The notes under the pieces were generated by a model. That model was not told where the DNA came from. It saw only the letters and a program-made list of their open reading frames with translations, and ran no database searches. DNA of 64,000 nt from a virus. Every line of letters starts with the position of its first letter. Position 1 is the first letter of the stretch. This document shows positions 19,601 through 26,859 of this stretch, one piece after another. Location of the stretch: IMG/VR virus record IMGVR_UViG_3300044623_001092; one strand, given 5' to 3'. The translations under genes were made by a program, and so were the position numbers.

Positions 19601-19970
19601 AGAAATCAACTGTTGTTTTATCAACGTTTGCTTTGGTTGTTATAGACCATGAAGGTCCCGCGTCGTACCCCGATAATCCTAATATTCTAGTAACGAACAA
19701 TTGATTAGATTGTTGTAAATAAGATTTCGCAATGTAAGACGCTTCATACTTAGGGATTTGTGTATTCACAAATTTTTCAGGAGATGTTCCCCCAAAGTAA
19801 GATGTAAACTCATCAAAGTTAGTGATAAAAATAGGTTCGAAAGCTGGACCTTTTAAAGTTTCACCTACGATACCTAATGTAGTAACACCAACACTTTGAG
19901 CTACAAAACTCAAATCGACCTCGGATGTGTAAACCCCAGGTGATACGAATACTTTACTGTTTGTCGCCAT
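16641..19970 (-). CDS. contractile tail sheath protein (gp18-like) with Thr-rich insertion
   Basis: N-terminal FVSPGVYTSEVD; C-terminal PWFAAAGYTRG, INPIATF, IWGNKTLQ, LDRINVRRLL, IKPTKSLEFI. Confidence 0.95.
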   Translation of the reverse strand: MATNSKVFVSPGVYTSEVDLSFVAQSVGVTTLGIVGETLKGPAFEPIFITNFDEFTSYFGGTSPEKFVNTQIPKYEASYIAKSYLQQSNQLFVTRILGLSGYDAGPSWSITTKANVDKTTVDFFCESATTVDCVTECVDFKTIDFAIDFSGCNNSIDGITFLDPTQFPDEIASKLNLPYENFDNSISTLNTDIKLQIFNILNEPTTELSSINYYGTIPHSDYVTLSAFTGSTNVFDVDGIDSLSAVYTAPQNDSWYYALFDNIGSGSYTGYSFWSFVTTLSLIPVTTTTTIINPTTTTTTTNPCVTPVPTTTTTTTTAKPVHCYTGTLVGRVYVYSGTAYTDYDDLVIATMRSRGLATYGSDNGAVYEVSGLTDVGMVCTGGYSGVTKNPFSTFGLNVTKADGTNLFFETSLSTSDSKYISKVFGKSNFGKDRESIPLFVEESYATLLINAYRKGYVRGLSCELNALDSARSESNSSIGFYLEKYQSPVSPWVVSELRGSKVFDLFKFVTISDGEDANTEVKISISNISFNNGTFDVLVRDFFDTDNNPVVIEKFTNCNMNPNDNNYIGKKVGTSDGEYQLNSKYLMIELNEDAPIDALPCGFKGFTTREYAGSRSPFPLIKSKYDFPGEVVFDPPFGLSTGANAVSRSSGDNIRRTYLGISDTVGIDTDFYQYKGKQIPSTSVCDAVTGPEWSYRTKGFHMDKNAIVITIPNAFSTSGTPEFVCGDAEFSSDPDDENNPYYRLYARKFSFLVSGGFDGWDIYREYRTNSDRYVLGRTGYLKGSCPTLKYPTATGWGAFKQITVGQNRVDYANTDYYAYLLGIQTFSNPEAVNINVFVTPGIDYVNNSDLVGSAVEMIEFDRADSVYITTTPDYNLFTPSLGDPIDMILPQEAVDNLETAGVDSNYTATYYPWILVRDTVNNTQIYLPPTGEVTKNLALTDNVAFPWFAAAGYTRGIVSAIKARKKLTQEDRDVLYKGRINPIATFSDVGTVIWGNKTLQIKESALDRINVRRLLLQARKLISAVSVRLLFEQNDDKVRQDFLNAVNPILDAIRRDRGLYDFRVTVSSDTADLDRNQMTGKIYIKPTKSLEFIDITFYITPTGASFENI

Positions 19971-20008
19971 TATTTTTTGGTTTTTTTATTTGTTTAATTT
20001 ATTTTATT

Positions 20009-20016
20009 GATAAATA
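20009..20016 (-). promoter_or_regulatory. late promoter motif TATTTATC
   Basis: 38 nt upstream of sheath ATG. Confidence 0.55.
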
Positions 20017-20065
20017 TTCTGAAAAAAACCAAAGTGCTTTACTTTGTAGGAAGTATTTATAAATT

Positions 20066-20085
20066 AGGTAGAATATATTCTGCCT
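20066..20085. promoter_or_regulatory. near-perfect palindrome, candidate RHH operator
   Basis: AGGTAGAATATATTCTGCCT between the TATTTATA motif (20054-20061) and the RHH start. Confidence 0.45.
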
Positions 20086-20095
20086 TTTTTCTACT

Positions 20096-20260
20096 ATGGA
20101 AAATGAAGGGAAAGAGATAAAAAATTTAAAGATTTCGAAAGAGGCACACGATGTCCTAAAGAAGTATTGTGAGAAACGTGGTATTAAAATTTACAGGTTT
20201 CTTGAAAAGTTAATAATGGATAAGTGTAAAGATTCTAAAGATATCTATGGGGAGAATTAA
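20096..20260 (+). CDS. ribbon-helix-helix DNA-binding protein (not in ORF track)
   Basis: 54 aa MENEGKEIKNLKISKEAHDVLKKYCEKRGIKIYRFLEKLIMDKC...; Arc/CopG-like strand-helix-G-helix pattern; divergent from sheath gene. Confidence 0.7.
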   Translation: MENEGKEIKNLKISKEAHDVLKKYCEKRGIKIYRFLEKLIMDKCKDSKDIYGEN

Positions 20261-21294
20261 AGTAGTGTACTATTTAACTCAATAATACCTTCCTTAGTAT
20301 CGTCGTATTTAACAACTTCAATTCGTAATCTATCACCTGTGTTTATTTGTATTACAGATAAATCACTACCGTAATAATCATCATTAATATAAACATCAAA
20401 TGAGTCTATATTTGAAAGATTACCGATATTAATATCCACTCTATAATTAAATAATTCAGTTAATATATTATTACCAACAACAAATAATGCGTTAGTTGAT
20501 AAACTATCAGGGTTTGTATTTTCGTGTTTAGCTTTTTTACTTTTATTAGTCGATATCTCTAATACTTGTAATACCCTCGATATACCAGGTGACACCTCAA
20601 ACTCATCTTCATCAATTAAAAACCCTAACATTGTGAATTCATAACTTTGAACATAATACTTTCTTTTTTCGATATCATTAACCGACTCGTCAGTAATACC
20701 ATTCATTATTATTGGAATGTAATGACCTTTTATATTGGTATAAGCTTGTCTTGATGAAAATTTCTCTAAAACAATTTGATTAAATTTATTTAATTCCCTC
20801 ATTCTATTACAAACAATCTTAACTTGGAATGTTATATCTACAGGAACAGGTTGTGGTATTTTATAAATGTCCAGACCATTTCTTTGTCCATCCCAAGTAG
20901 GTACTTGAGCGTAAAAAAAATGTTTTCGGTTTGGTATTGTATAAACAGTTGACGGGTTTGTCCCGTATTTAACTTCAGGAACTCTAACAATTGTGATAAA
21001 TGGGGGTTCTACGTTTTTGTCGATATTTTGAATATCCCAAGTTTGGGCAAACTGAGCCCAATTTTGTGTTGTTATTAAAATATCAATCATGGGGATTATT
21101 TTACCTGAAACAATAGTTTTCAAATCTGTTTTAACAAATTCTATCATACCACCATCCAAATCGGCATGAAGTATTGATTTAGGAAGGTAAGTACCGTCTC
21201 TATTAATTTTTTCAAGTAACTCCTCTCTTCTCGGATACCCAACTTTCTCATCCGTTAATGGGATATGTTTCTTTATTTTTTTAGGTAACGCCAT
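20257..21294 (-). CDS. tail completion/sheath terminator-like protein (gp15-like)
   Basis: IPQPVPVDITFQVKI..RMRELNKF motif; position upstream of sheath. Confidence 0.55.
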   Translation of the reverse strand: MALPKKIKKHIPLTDEKVGYPRREELLEKINRDGTYLPKSILHADLDGGMIEFVKTDLKTIVSGKIIPMIDILITTQNWAQFAQTWDIQNIDKNVEPPFITIVRVPEVKYGTNPSTVYTIPNRKHFFYAQVPTWDGQRNGLDIYKIPQPVPVDITFQVKIVCNRMRELNKFNQIVLEKFSSRQAYTNIKGHYIPIIMNGITDESVNDIEKRKYYVQSYEFTMLGFLIDEDEFEVSPGISRVLQVLEISTNKSKKAKHENTNPDSLSTNALFVVGNNILTELFNYRVDINIGNLSNIDSFDVYINDDYYGSDLSVIQINTGDRLRIEVVKYDDTKEGIIELNSTLL

Positions 21295-21453
21295 TTATTT
21301 TTTTTCATTATTATGTCTACATTTATGACAAATATACGGGTCATCACCACCCTCGTCTAAACTCCAATTCCAATTACATTTATCACAAAAAACTTCGTTA
21401 TCAATAACATGTTCAATTAGTTTTAGTTGTTCTTCAGTTATAATCAGTTTCAT
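21295..21453 (-). CDS. small zinc-ribbon protein (not in ORF track)
   Basis: 52 aa MKLIITEEQLKLIEHVIDNEVFCDKCNWNWSLDEGGDDPYICHKCRHNNEKK; two CxxC; ATGA overlap upstream and stop abutting next ATG. Confidence 0.75.
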   Translation of the reverse strand: MKLIITEEQLKLIEHVIDNEVFCDKCNWNWSLDEGGDDPYICHKCRHNNEKK

Positions 21454-21965
21454 AATCCTTTAAATTCATTTGGTCCAACAGGTGATGCCATAATGGTTCT
21501 ATAAAATGGTTTATAACCACCATAAGTATGTTTATTATCAGAAACAACACGACCATCATTATTTACGGTATAGTATCTAACTAATGATTCAGTTTCATAA
21601 TAACCAAGGTAATCTCCGTACTCAATATCAATACCCAATTCATCCAATTGTTTTTGATAAACGGAAACACGAATGTTACCAGGTTCAAATTGTTCAATTT
21701 TAGAAGTGGCAACATTTTTATTTTCGGGGGCCATAATTTGAATATACGCTTTAAATTCTATTGGTGGTAAAAACTTAATACCATCACTAACGGTTTCACC
21801 ATAAACATTGTCGGTTATGGTTTTTTGTTTGTCAATTCTATATAACACCACTGTAAAGTTTAAGTCACCATGTAACCATTCTTCACCCATAGATATATCT
21901 AAGTCGAAATCTTCCGCACCGAAAAATTTACCTAATCTTGTTATTGGAACTTTATTATTTGACAT
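21450..21965 (-). CDS. head closure/neck protein (gp14-like)
   Basis: DNVYGE..KFLPPIEF, LDELGIDIEYGDY, YYTV motifs; neck-region synteny. Confidence 0.55.
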   Translation of the reverse strand: MSNNKVPITRLGKFFGAEDFDLDISMGEEWLHGDLNFTVVLYRIDKQKTITDNVYGETVSDGIKFLPPIEFKAYIQIMAPENKNVATSKIEQFEPGNIRVSVYQKQLDELGIDIEYGDYLGYYETESLVRYYTVNNDGRVVSDNKHTYGGYKPFYRTIMASPVGPNEFKGL

Positions 21966-22014
21966 ATTGATAAATATCTTAATTATGATTATTATTTATT
22001 AATATAATATAGTT

Positions 22015-23784
22015 TTGGAAAATAACGAAATAAAACTTAATTTTGAAGTAATTGAAAGGAAAGCTCTTAATATATTGGAAGAATATAATGGTGCTAACAA
22101 TTTTTTAATTAATTTAAAACAAAAATTCTTAACCAATAAGAATTTTGTTCCTACACGTTCACAATCAGATTACGTAATATCATACTCAGAAGTAACACCA
22201 AAAGTTGCTAAGAAATGGGTCGAAATCGACCCCTATTTTGCTAAGAAAATTTCTGATGAAAAATTGTATACAACTGTACCTAAAGAAATTTGGGTTGAGA
22301 AATTATTAGTTGAGAAAGATAAGGCTTACCATATTTGGGGTAAAGTATTTTCGGGTGAAACATTACACGACTTTTGGATGCCTAAGGGTGCGTTGATTAA
22401 AACACATACAACTGAAAAAGTGATAATTGATTATTCTAAGTACAGTAATAGACCACCATTAGAACATCAAAAAGAGGCGATTGAGAAATTAGTTGGTACG
22501 AGACGTTTTATTTTGGCTGATGATATGGGACTTGGTAAAACCACAAGTACAATTATTGCTGCGTTAGAAACGGGGGTTAAAAAGATTTTAATAATTTGTC
22601 CTGCGTCTTTGAAAATAAACTGGATGAGGGAGATTGAGAACTATACTGACAGAAGTATTTTCATTGCCGAGAATAAAAAATTCTCATTGGAACACGACTT
22701 TGTAATTGTTAACTATGATATTCTAAAAAACTTTCACGAATTAAAAGGTAAGACAGATTCGTTAATCACTCAATTAAATCCTGAGTTGATTATTATTGAT
22801 GAGGCTCATTATATCCAAAATGGACAAGCCCAAAGAACTAAATTGGTTAATCATTTTGTACTAAAAACAAAATATCTTTGGTTGTTGACGGGAACACCAA
22901 TGACTTCAAGACCAATGAATTACTTTAATTTGTTAAATTTAATTGAAAGTCCTGTGGCTCAAAATTGGATGGCTTACGCTATTAGATATTGTCAAGGGTA
23001 TCAATTTAACGCAGGTAAAAGAAAAGTTTGGAATGTTTCAGGGGCATCTAATTTGGAAGAATTGAGAGATAGAACATCAAGACAAGTTTTGAGACGATTA
23101 AAAACTGATGTATTAGATTTACCTGATAAAATTATTACACCTGTTTACCTAAAACTTAAATCAAAAGAGTACGAAGCCATGATGGGGGAGTATTACAATT
23201 GGTATGAAAATAAAAAAGAAGAATCTTCATCATTAACAATACAATTTAGTAAGTTGATGAAGGTTAGACAAATAATTGCTGAAGAAAAAATAAATACAAC
23301 TATAGAGTTAGCACAAAATATTATTGACCAAGATAAAAAAGTAATCATCTTCACAAATTTTACCGACACATTACAAAAAATATATCAACATTTTGGGAAA
23401 GATGCCGTTTATTTAGATGGTTCTTGTAGTAAACCTCATCGCCAACATGCGGTTGACCAATTCCAAGAGAACAATAAAATTAAAGTGTTTGTGGGGAATT
23501 TAAAAGCTGCGGGTGTCGGTATTACTCTCACCGCTGGTGAGGCTTGTATAATGAATGACTTATCATTTGTTCCATCGGACCACCAACAGGCTGAAGATAG
23601 AGCATACAGGTTCGGTCAAAAAAATTCAGTGTCCATTTATTACCCAATATTTGAAAACTCTATCGAAGGTGCTATATACGATATTTTATCAAATAAGAAG
23701 AATATTATCGACACTGTTATGGGTGATAACATAGACCGTGGTGATATTGTTCAAGAAATAATGAATCGTATACTCATTAAGTGA
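22015..23784 (+). CDS. SNF2/SWI2-family (HARP-like) helicase/ATPase
   Basis: LADDMGLGKT, DEAH, LTGTP, LRRLK, GVGITLT, QAEDRAYRFGQ; TTG start. Confidence 0.92.
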   Translation: MENNEIKLNFEVIERKALNILEEYNGANNFLINLKQKFLTNKNFVPTRSQSDYVISYSEVTPKVAKKWVEIDPYFAKKISDEKLYTTVPKEIWVEKLLVEKDKAYHIWGKVFSGETLHDFWMPKGALIKTHTTEKVIIDYSKYSNRPPLEHQKEAIEKLVGTRRFILADDMGLGKTTSTIIAALETGVKKILIICPASLKINWMREIENYTDRSIFIAENKKFSLEHDFVIVNYDILKNFHELKGKTDSLITQLNPELIIIDEAHYIQNGQAQRTKLVNHFVLKTKYLWLLTGTPMTSRPMNYFNLLNLIESPVAQNWMAYAIRYCQGYQFNAGKRKVWNVSGASNLEELRDRTSRQVLRRLKTDVLDLPDKIITPVYLKLKSKEYEAMMGEYYNWYENKKEESSSLTIQFSKLMKVRQIIAEEKINTTIELAQNIIDQDKKVIIFTNFTDTLQKIYQHFGKDAVYLDGSCSKPHRQHAVDQFQENNKIKVFVGNLKAAGVGITLTAGEACIMNDLSFVPSDHQQAEDRAYRFGQKNSVSIYYPIFENSIEGAIYDILSNKKNIIDTVMGDNIDRGDIVQEIMNRILIK

Positions 23785-23802
23785 TATTTTAGTATTTCAG
23801 CT

Positions 23803-23810
23803 TATTTATA
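23803..23810 (+). promoter_or_regulatory. late promoter motif TATTTATA
   Basis: 16 nt upstream of SOD fusion ATG. Confidence 0.6.
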
Positions 23811-23826
23811 GTATTATAATAAGATT

Positions 23827-25344
23827 ATGAAAACATTAGAAGATAAAGTCAAAGTACTGACTGAAAATATTAAAAAAGAAGACGCCAAACGAACTTTACT
23901 TAGTGAAGCTAAAAAAATCGGTATAGAAAAATTACCATATTCTTACTCTGCCTTGAAAAATTTCATTGATTCGGAAACAATGGATTTTCACTACAACAAA
24001 CATTATAAAGGATATGTTAAAAAATTAAACGACGCATTATCTAAGAAAGATTATGGTGATGTTGAACTTGAGGAGATAATTAAACGTATTGGTAAGTACA
24101 ACAAAACAATACGAAATAATGCGGGTGGTGCTTTTAACCACGCGTTGTTTTGGAAAATGTTATCCCCAAAAGAACAAGAATGTAGTGGACCAATTTTAAG
24201 GAAAATTAATAGTTCATTTGGTAGTTTAAAAGAATTTAAAAATAAATTTGAGGAGGTTGCTAAAAATAGATTTGGTTCAGGATGGGTTTGGTTAGTCTTA
24301 ACTAAACGTAACACTTTAAAAATAATCTCAACACCAAATCAAGATAACCCATTAATGAATGTTATTCGAAATGGTGGTTATCCATTACTTGGTTTAGATT
24401 TGTGGGAACATTCTTATTATTTAAAGTATCGTAACAAGAGAGATGAATACATCCATAATTTTTGGAAATGTGTTAATTGGGAATTTGTTAATGAATTACT
24501 TAAAATGAAAACTAAAACAACTATTAACGAAAATTTTAAATTGAAACGAATTATTAATGAAGGTGTGTCTGAAAGATGTAGTCGAGGTGAAGTTCAATTA
24601 TATCGAAATTTATTTAACACCAATAAGTTTGTGAAGAATATTTACAGATACGGTGTTGAGAAAATTTTAAGTGAAGTTTTTCCCGATAATTATTATGAAA
24701 AAGACGCTTATGGACCAAATCAAATGTTAGGAATATATGATTTTGAACAAAAAGGTAGGTCGGTGATAAATAAAATGAATACAAATTATGAAGTCTTTTG
24801 TGTTTTATTAAACGACATTAATATCGTTATGGAAAAATTGGGTAAACCTAAAATTACTTTTAAAAATAAATCCGTAGGTGAACAAATTAATGAAGCGAAA
24901 AGATTAATTAGTGTAGCTAATGAATTTAAAACAAGGATTTTTTCATTATCATCAGGGACTTTTGAAAATATTATGGTCACACTTGGTAGTACTAACTCAC
25001 TTGGCGAATTAACTGAGATAAAAGTTGTTGAGATTCTTAAAAAAGAATACGGTGATAAAAATGTTGAAAAAATTGGTGAACTTGGTAATACTGTTGATGC
25101 GATTGACGGTATTGACTGTGAAGTTAAAATTGGTGATGAAATTAAAACCGCACAAATTAAACCATATAAGTCCTATGATTTAGTTGATGGGTTTTATAAA
25201 ATGTTAGATACTGGTCAAGTTAATCCGTATAAAACGGATTGGTTAATTTTTTCTAAAAATAATAAAGACGCTATGATATTTGATAATAACGGTATTAAGA
25301 TAGTTAAAGGTAAAATACAACATAAGCTAAATATTTATATATAA
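23827..25344 (+). CDS. sod: Fe/Mn superoxide dismutase fused to a C-terminal PD-(D/E)xK-like domain
   Basis: LPYSYSAL, HYNKHY, FNHALFW, FGSGWVWL, DLWEHSYY in first ~225 aa; C-terminal GELTE...DAIDGID...AQIK. Confidence 0.85.
   Translation: MKTLEDKVKVLTENIKKEDAKRTLLSEAKKIGIEKLPYSYSALKNFIDSETMDFHYNKHYKGYVKKLNDALSKKDYGDVELEEIIKRIGKYNKTIRNNAGGAFNHALFWKMLSPKEQECSGPILRKINSSFGSLKEFKNKFEEVAKNRFGSGWVWLVLTKRNTLKIISTPNQDNPLMNVIRNGGYPLLGLDLWEHSYYLKYRNKRDEYIHNFWKCVNWEFVNELLKMKTKTTINENFKLKRIINEGVSERCSRGEVQLYRNLFNTNKFVKNIYRYGVEKILSEVFPDNYYEKDAYGPNQMLGIYDFEQKGRSVINKMNTNYEVFCVLLNDINIVMEKLGKPKITFKNKSVGEQINEAKRLISVANEFKTRIFSLSSGTFENIMVTLGSTNSLGELTEIKVVEILKKEYGDKNVEKIGELGNTVDAIDGIDCEVKIGDEIKTAQIKPYKSYDLVDGFYKMLDTGQVNPYKTDWLIFSKNNKDAMIFDNNGIKIVKGKIQHKLNIYI
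25332..25339 (+). promoter_or_regulatory. late promoter motif TATTTATA
   Basis: 14 nt upstream of neck gene ATG. Confidence 0.6.
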
Positions 25345-25353
25345 AATATAATT

Positions 25354-26478
25354 ATGTCAGTAATCCCCGAACCAGAAAGAAGTTCCCTATATAAGAAAAT
25401 AAGACATATATTGGGAGCACCTGTTCGTTCAGTCGAATTAGATGATGAACAGATGGACACATTATTGGAATTTTCAATTGATGACTATTCCGAACAAGTA
25501 CAAAATTTTTTAATCGAGTCACAATGGCCTTCTTTATACAATCTTAATCTTGACACACAATCATTATCAAGAGCGTTCATTTCTAAAAGTTTAGATTTTG
25601 AAAATCGTTATACTTACGCATACTCCAAAATAGTTGGGTTACAAGCGGGAGGTGATTGGGAACTTAAAAAAGATTATATTCAGTTAAAAGACAATCAACA
25701 AAGTTATGAAGTACCTGCGGACAGAGAGATTAATGAATTGTTGTGGTTTACACCGTCAGAATTAAATAATACAATGTTTGACCCTTGGTCTTTCGGAGCA
25801 CTTGGTGCTGGTGGTGGTCTTGGTGGTGCGGGTGGTTTAGCACAAATGGGTATGTCAGGTTCTTACCTTATGGCTCCCGCTTTTGATATGTTATTAAGAA
25901 TGCAAGAAATCAATATACAAAGAAGAATTATTGGTGGTGATTTAACATATACAATTACGGCATTACCAGGCGGTAAAAAATCTTTAAATTTAATGAACAC
26001 TCCTGGTGGTAAATTTGATTTTGGTAATGCTAATTTGATGAGAGGTAAAGTTTGGTATCACTATTATGATACATCACAAGGTGGTAGAGATAAATGTTTA
26101 GCTGATAATCCTGACATTATTAAATTACCATCGGACGTACCATTCAATAAAATGTCTTGGACCGAATTGAATAATCCTGCTCAAGTTTGGGTAAGACGTT
26201 GGTTTGTTGCTTCCTGTAAAGAAACGTTATCTAAAGTTCGTGGGAAATATAGTGGTAATTTAAAAACACCTGATTCAGAATTAACAATGGACTACCAATC
26301 TTTGGCTACCGAAGCTAAAGATGAAAAAACAAAATTAATTGATGAATTAACGGGAGCTGAAGGACGACTAACAAGATTAAAACCTGATAAAGTAATGGAA
26401 CGTGAGGCACTACTAGCTGAAAATTTAAATAAACAATTGAAGTACCGAGCAATGCCGAGACAAATATACGTAATTTAA
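25354..26478 (+). CDS. neck / head-tail adaptor protein (gp13-like)
   Basis: LGAPVRSVELDDEQ N-terminus and KETLSKVRGKYSG..L...A..EK..L C-terminus; late motif upstream. Confidence 0.75.
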   Translation: MSVIPEPERSSLYKKIRHILGAPVRSVELDDEQMDTLLEFSIDDYSEQVQNFLIESQWPSLYNLNLDTQSLSRAFISKSLDFENRYTYAYSKIVGLQAGGDWELKKDYIQLKDNQQSYEVPADREINELLWFTPSELNNTMFDPWSFGALGAGGGLGGAGGLAQMGMSGSYLMAPAFDMLLRMQEINIQRRIIGGDLTYTITALPGGKKSLNLMNTPGGKFDFGNANLMRGKVWYHYYDTSQGGRDKCLADNPDIIKLPSDVPFNKMSWTELNNPAQVWVRRWFVASCKETLSKVRGKYSGNLKTPDSELTMDYQSLATEAKDEKTKLIDELTGAEGRLTRLKPDKVMEREALLAENLNKQLKYRAMPRQIYVI

Positions 26479-26480
26479 TT

Positions 26481-26828
26481 ATGAGAAAACTAATTAATAA
26501 AAGAACTATTGGACATAAATATTATATGTCAACTGACCCAATTAATGATGGGGAACATATTAAATTTGTGGAAACTTCTGAGTATAGAACAAAAGGTGAA
26601 TCACTAATAATTGTTAGAAATACACCAGCATCTAAAATTGTATTAGATTCAACAACTACTACATACATTAAAATAAAAGCGTTAACTAATGTTATTATCA
26701 TACCATTTATTGGTAAAATTGATGAGGAATATGATGAAATATTAATTAATAAAGGTGCATGTGTTGAGTTTTATAATGTGGAAGGTAATTGGTATATATT
26801 ATCCTCGGATGGAATAAAGTTAGAATAA
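26481..26828 (+). CDS. small beta-rich putative virion protein
   Basis: 115 aa ending GACVEF..VEGNWYILSS, a pattern seen in fibre/baseplate-associated domains; coupled to neck gene. Confidence 0.5.
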   Translation: MRKLINKRTIGHKYYMSTDPINDGEHIKFVETSEYRTKGESLIIVRNTPASKIVLDSTTTTYIKIKALTNVIIIPFIGKIDEEYDEILINKGACVEFYNVEGNWYILSSDGIKLE

Positions 26829-26857
26829 AAAAAAGAGGGATTTAGGTCCCTCTTTTT
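26827..26857. terminator. bidirectional intrinsic terminator
   Basis: A-run GAGGGA-TTTAGG-TCCCTC T-run between convergent genes. Confidence 0.8.
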
Positions 26858-26859
26858 AA

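Noticed and set aside
1094-19704. Short plus-strand ORFs opposite the tail genes, and similar short overlapping ORFs elsewhere
   Set aside because: Fully nested antisense or out of frame to well-supported genes, with no recognisable motifs
706-21965. Bacterial eCIS/T6SS locus instead of a phage tail
   Set aside because: Neck proteins, PolB, PhoH, dUTPase and a gp55-like sigma, with no housekeeping genes, indicate a phage
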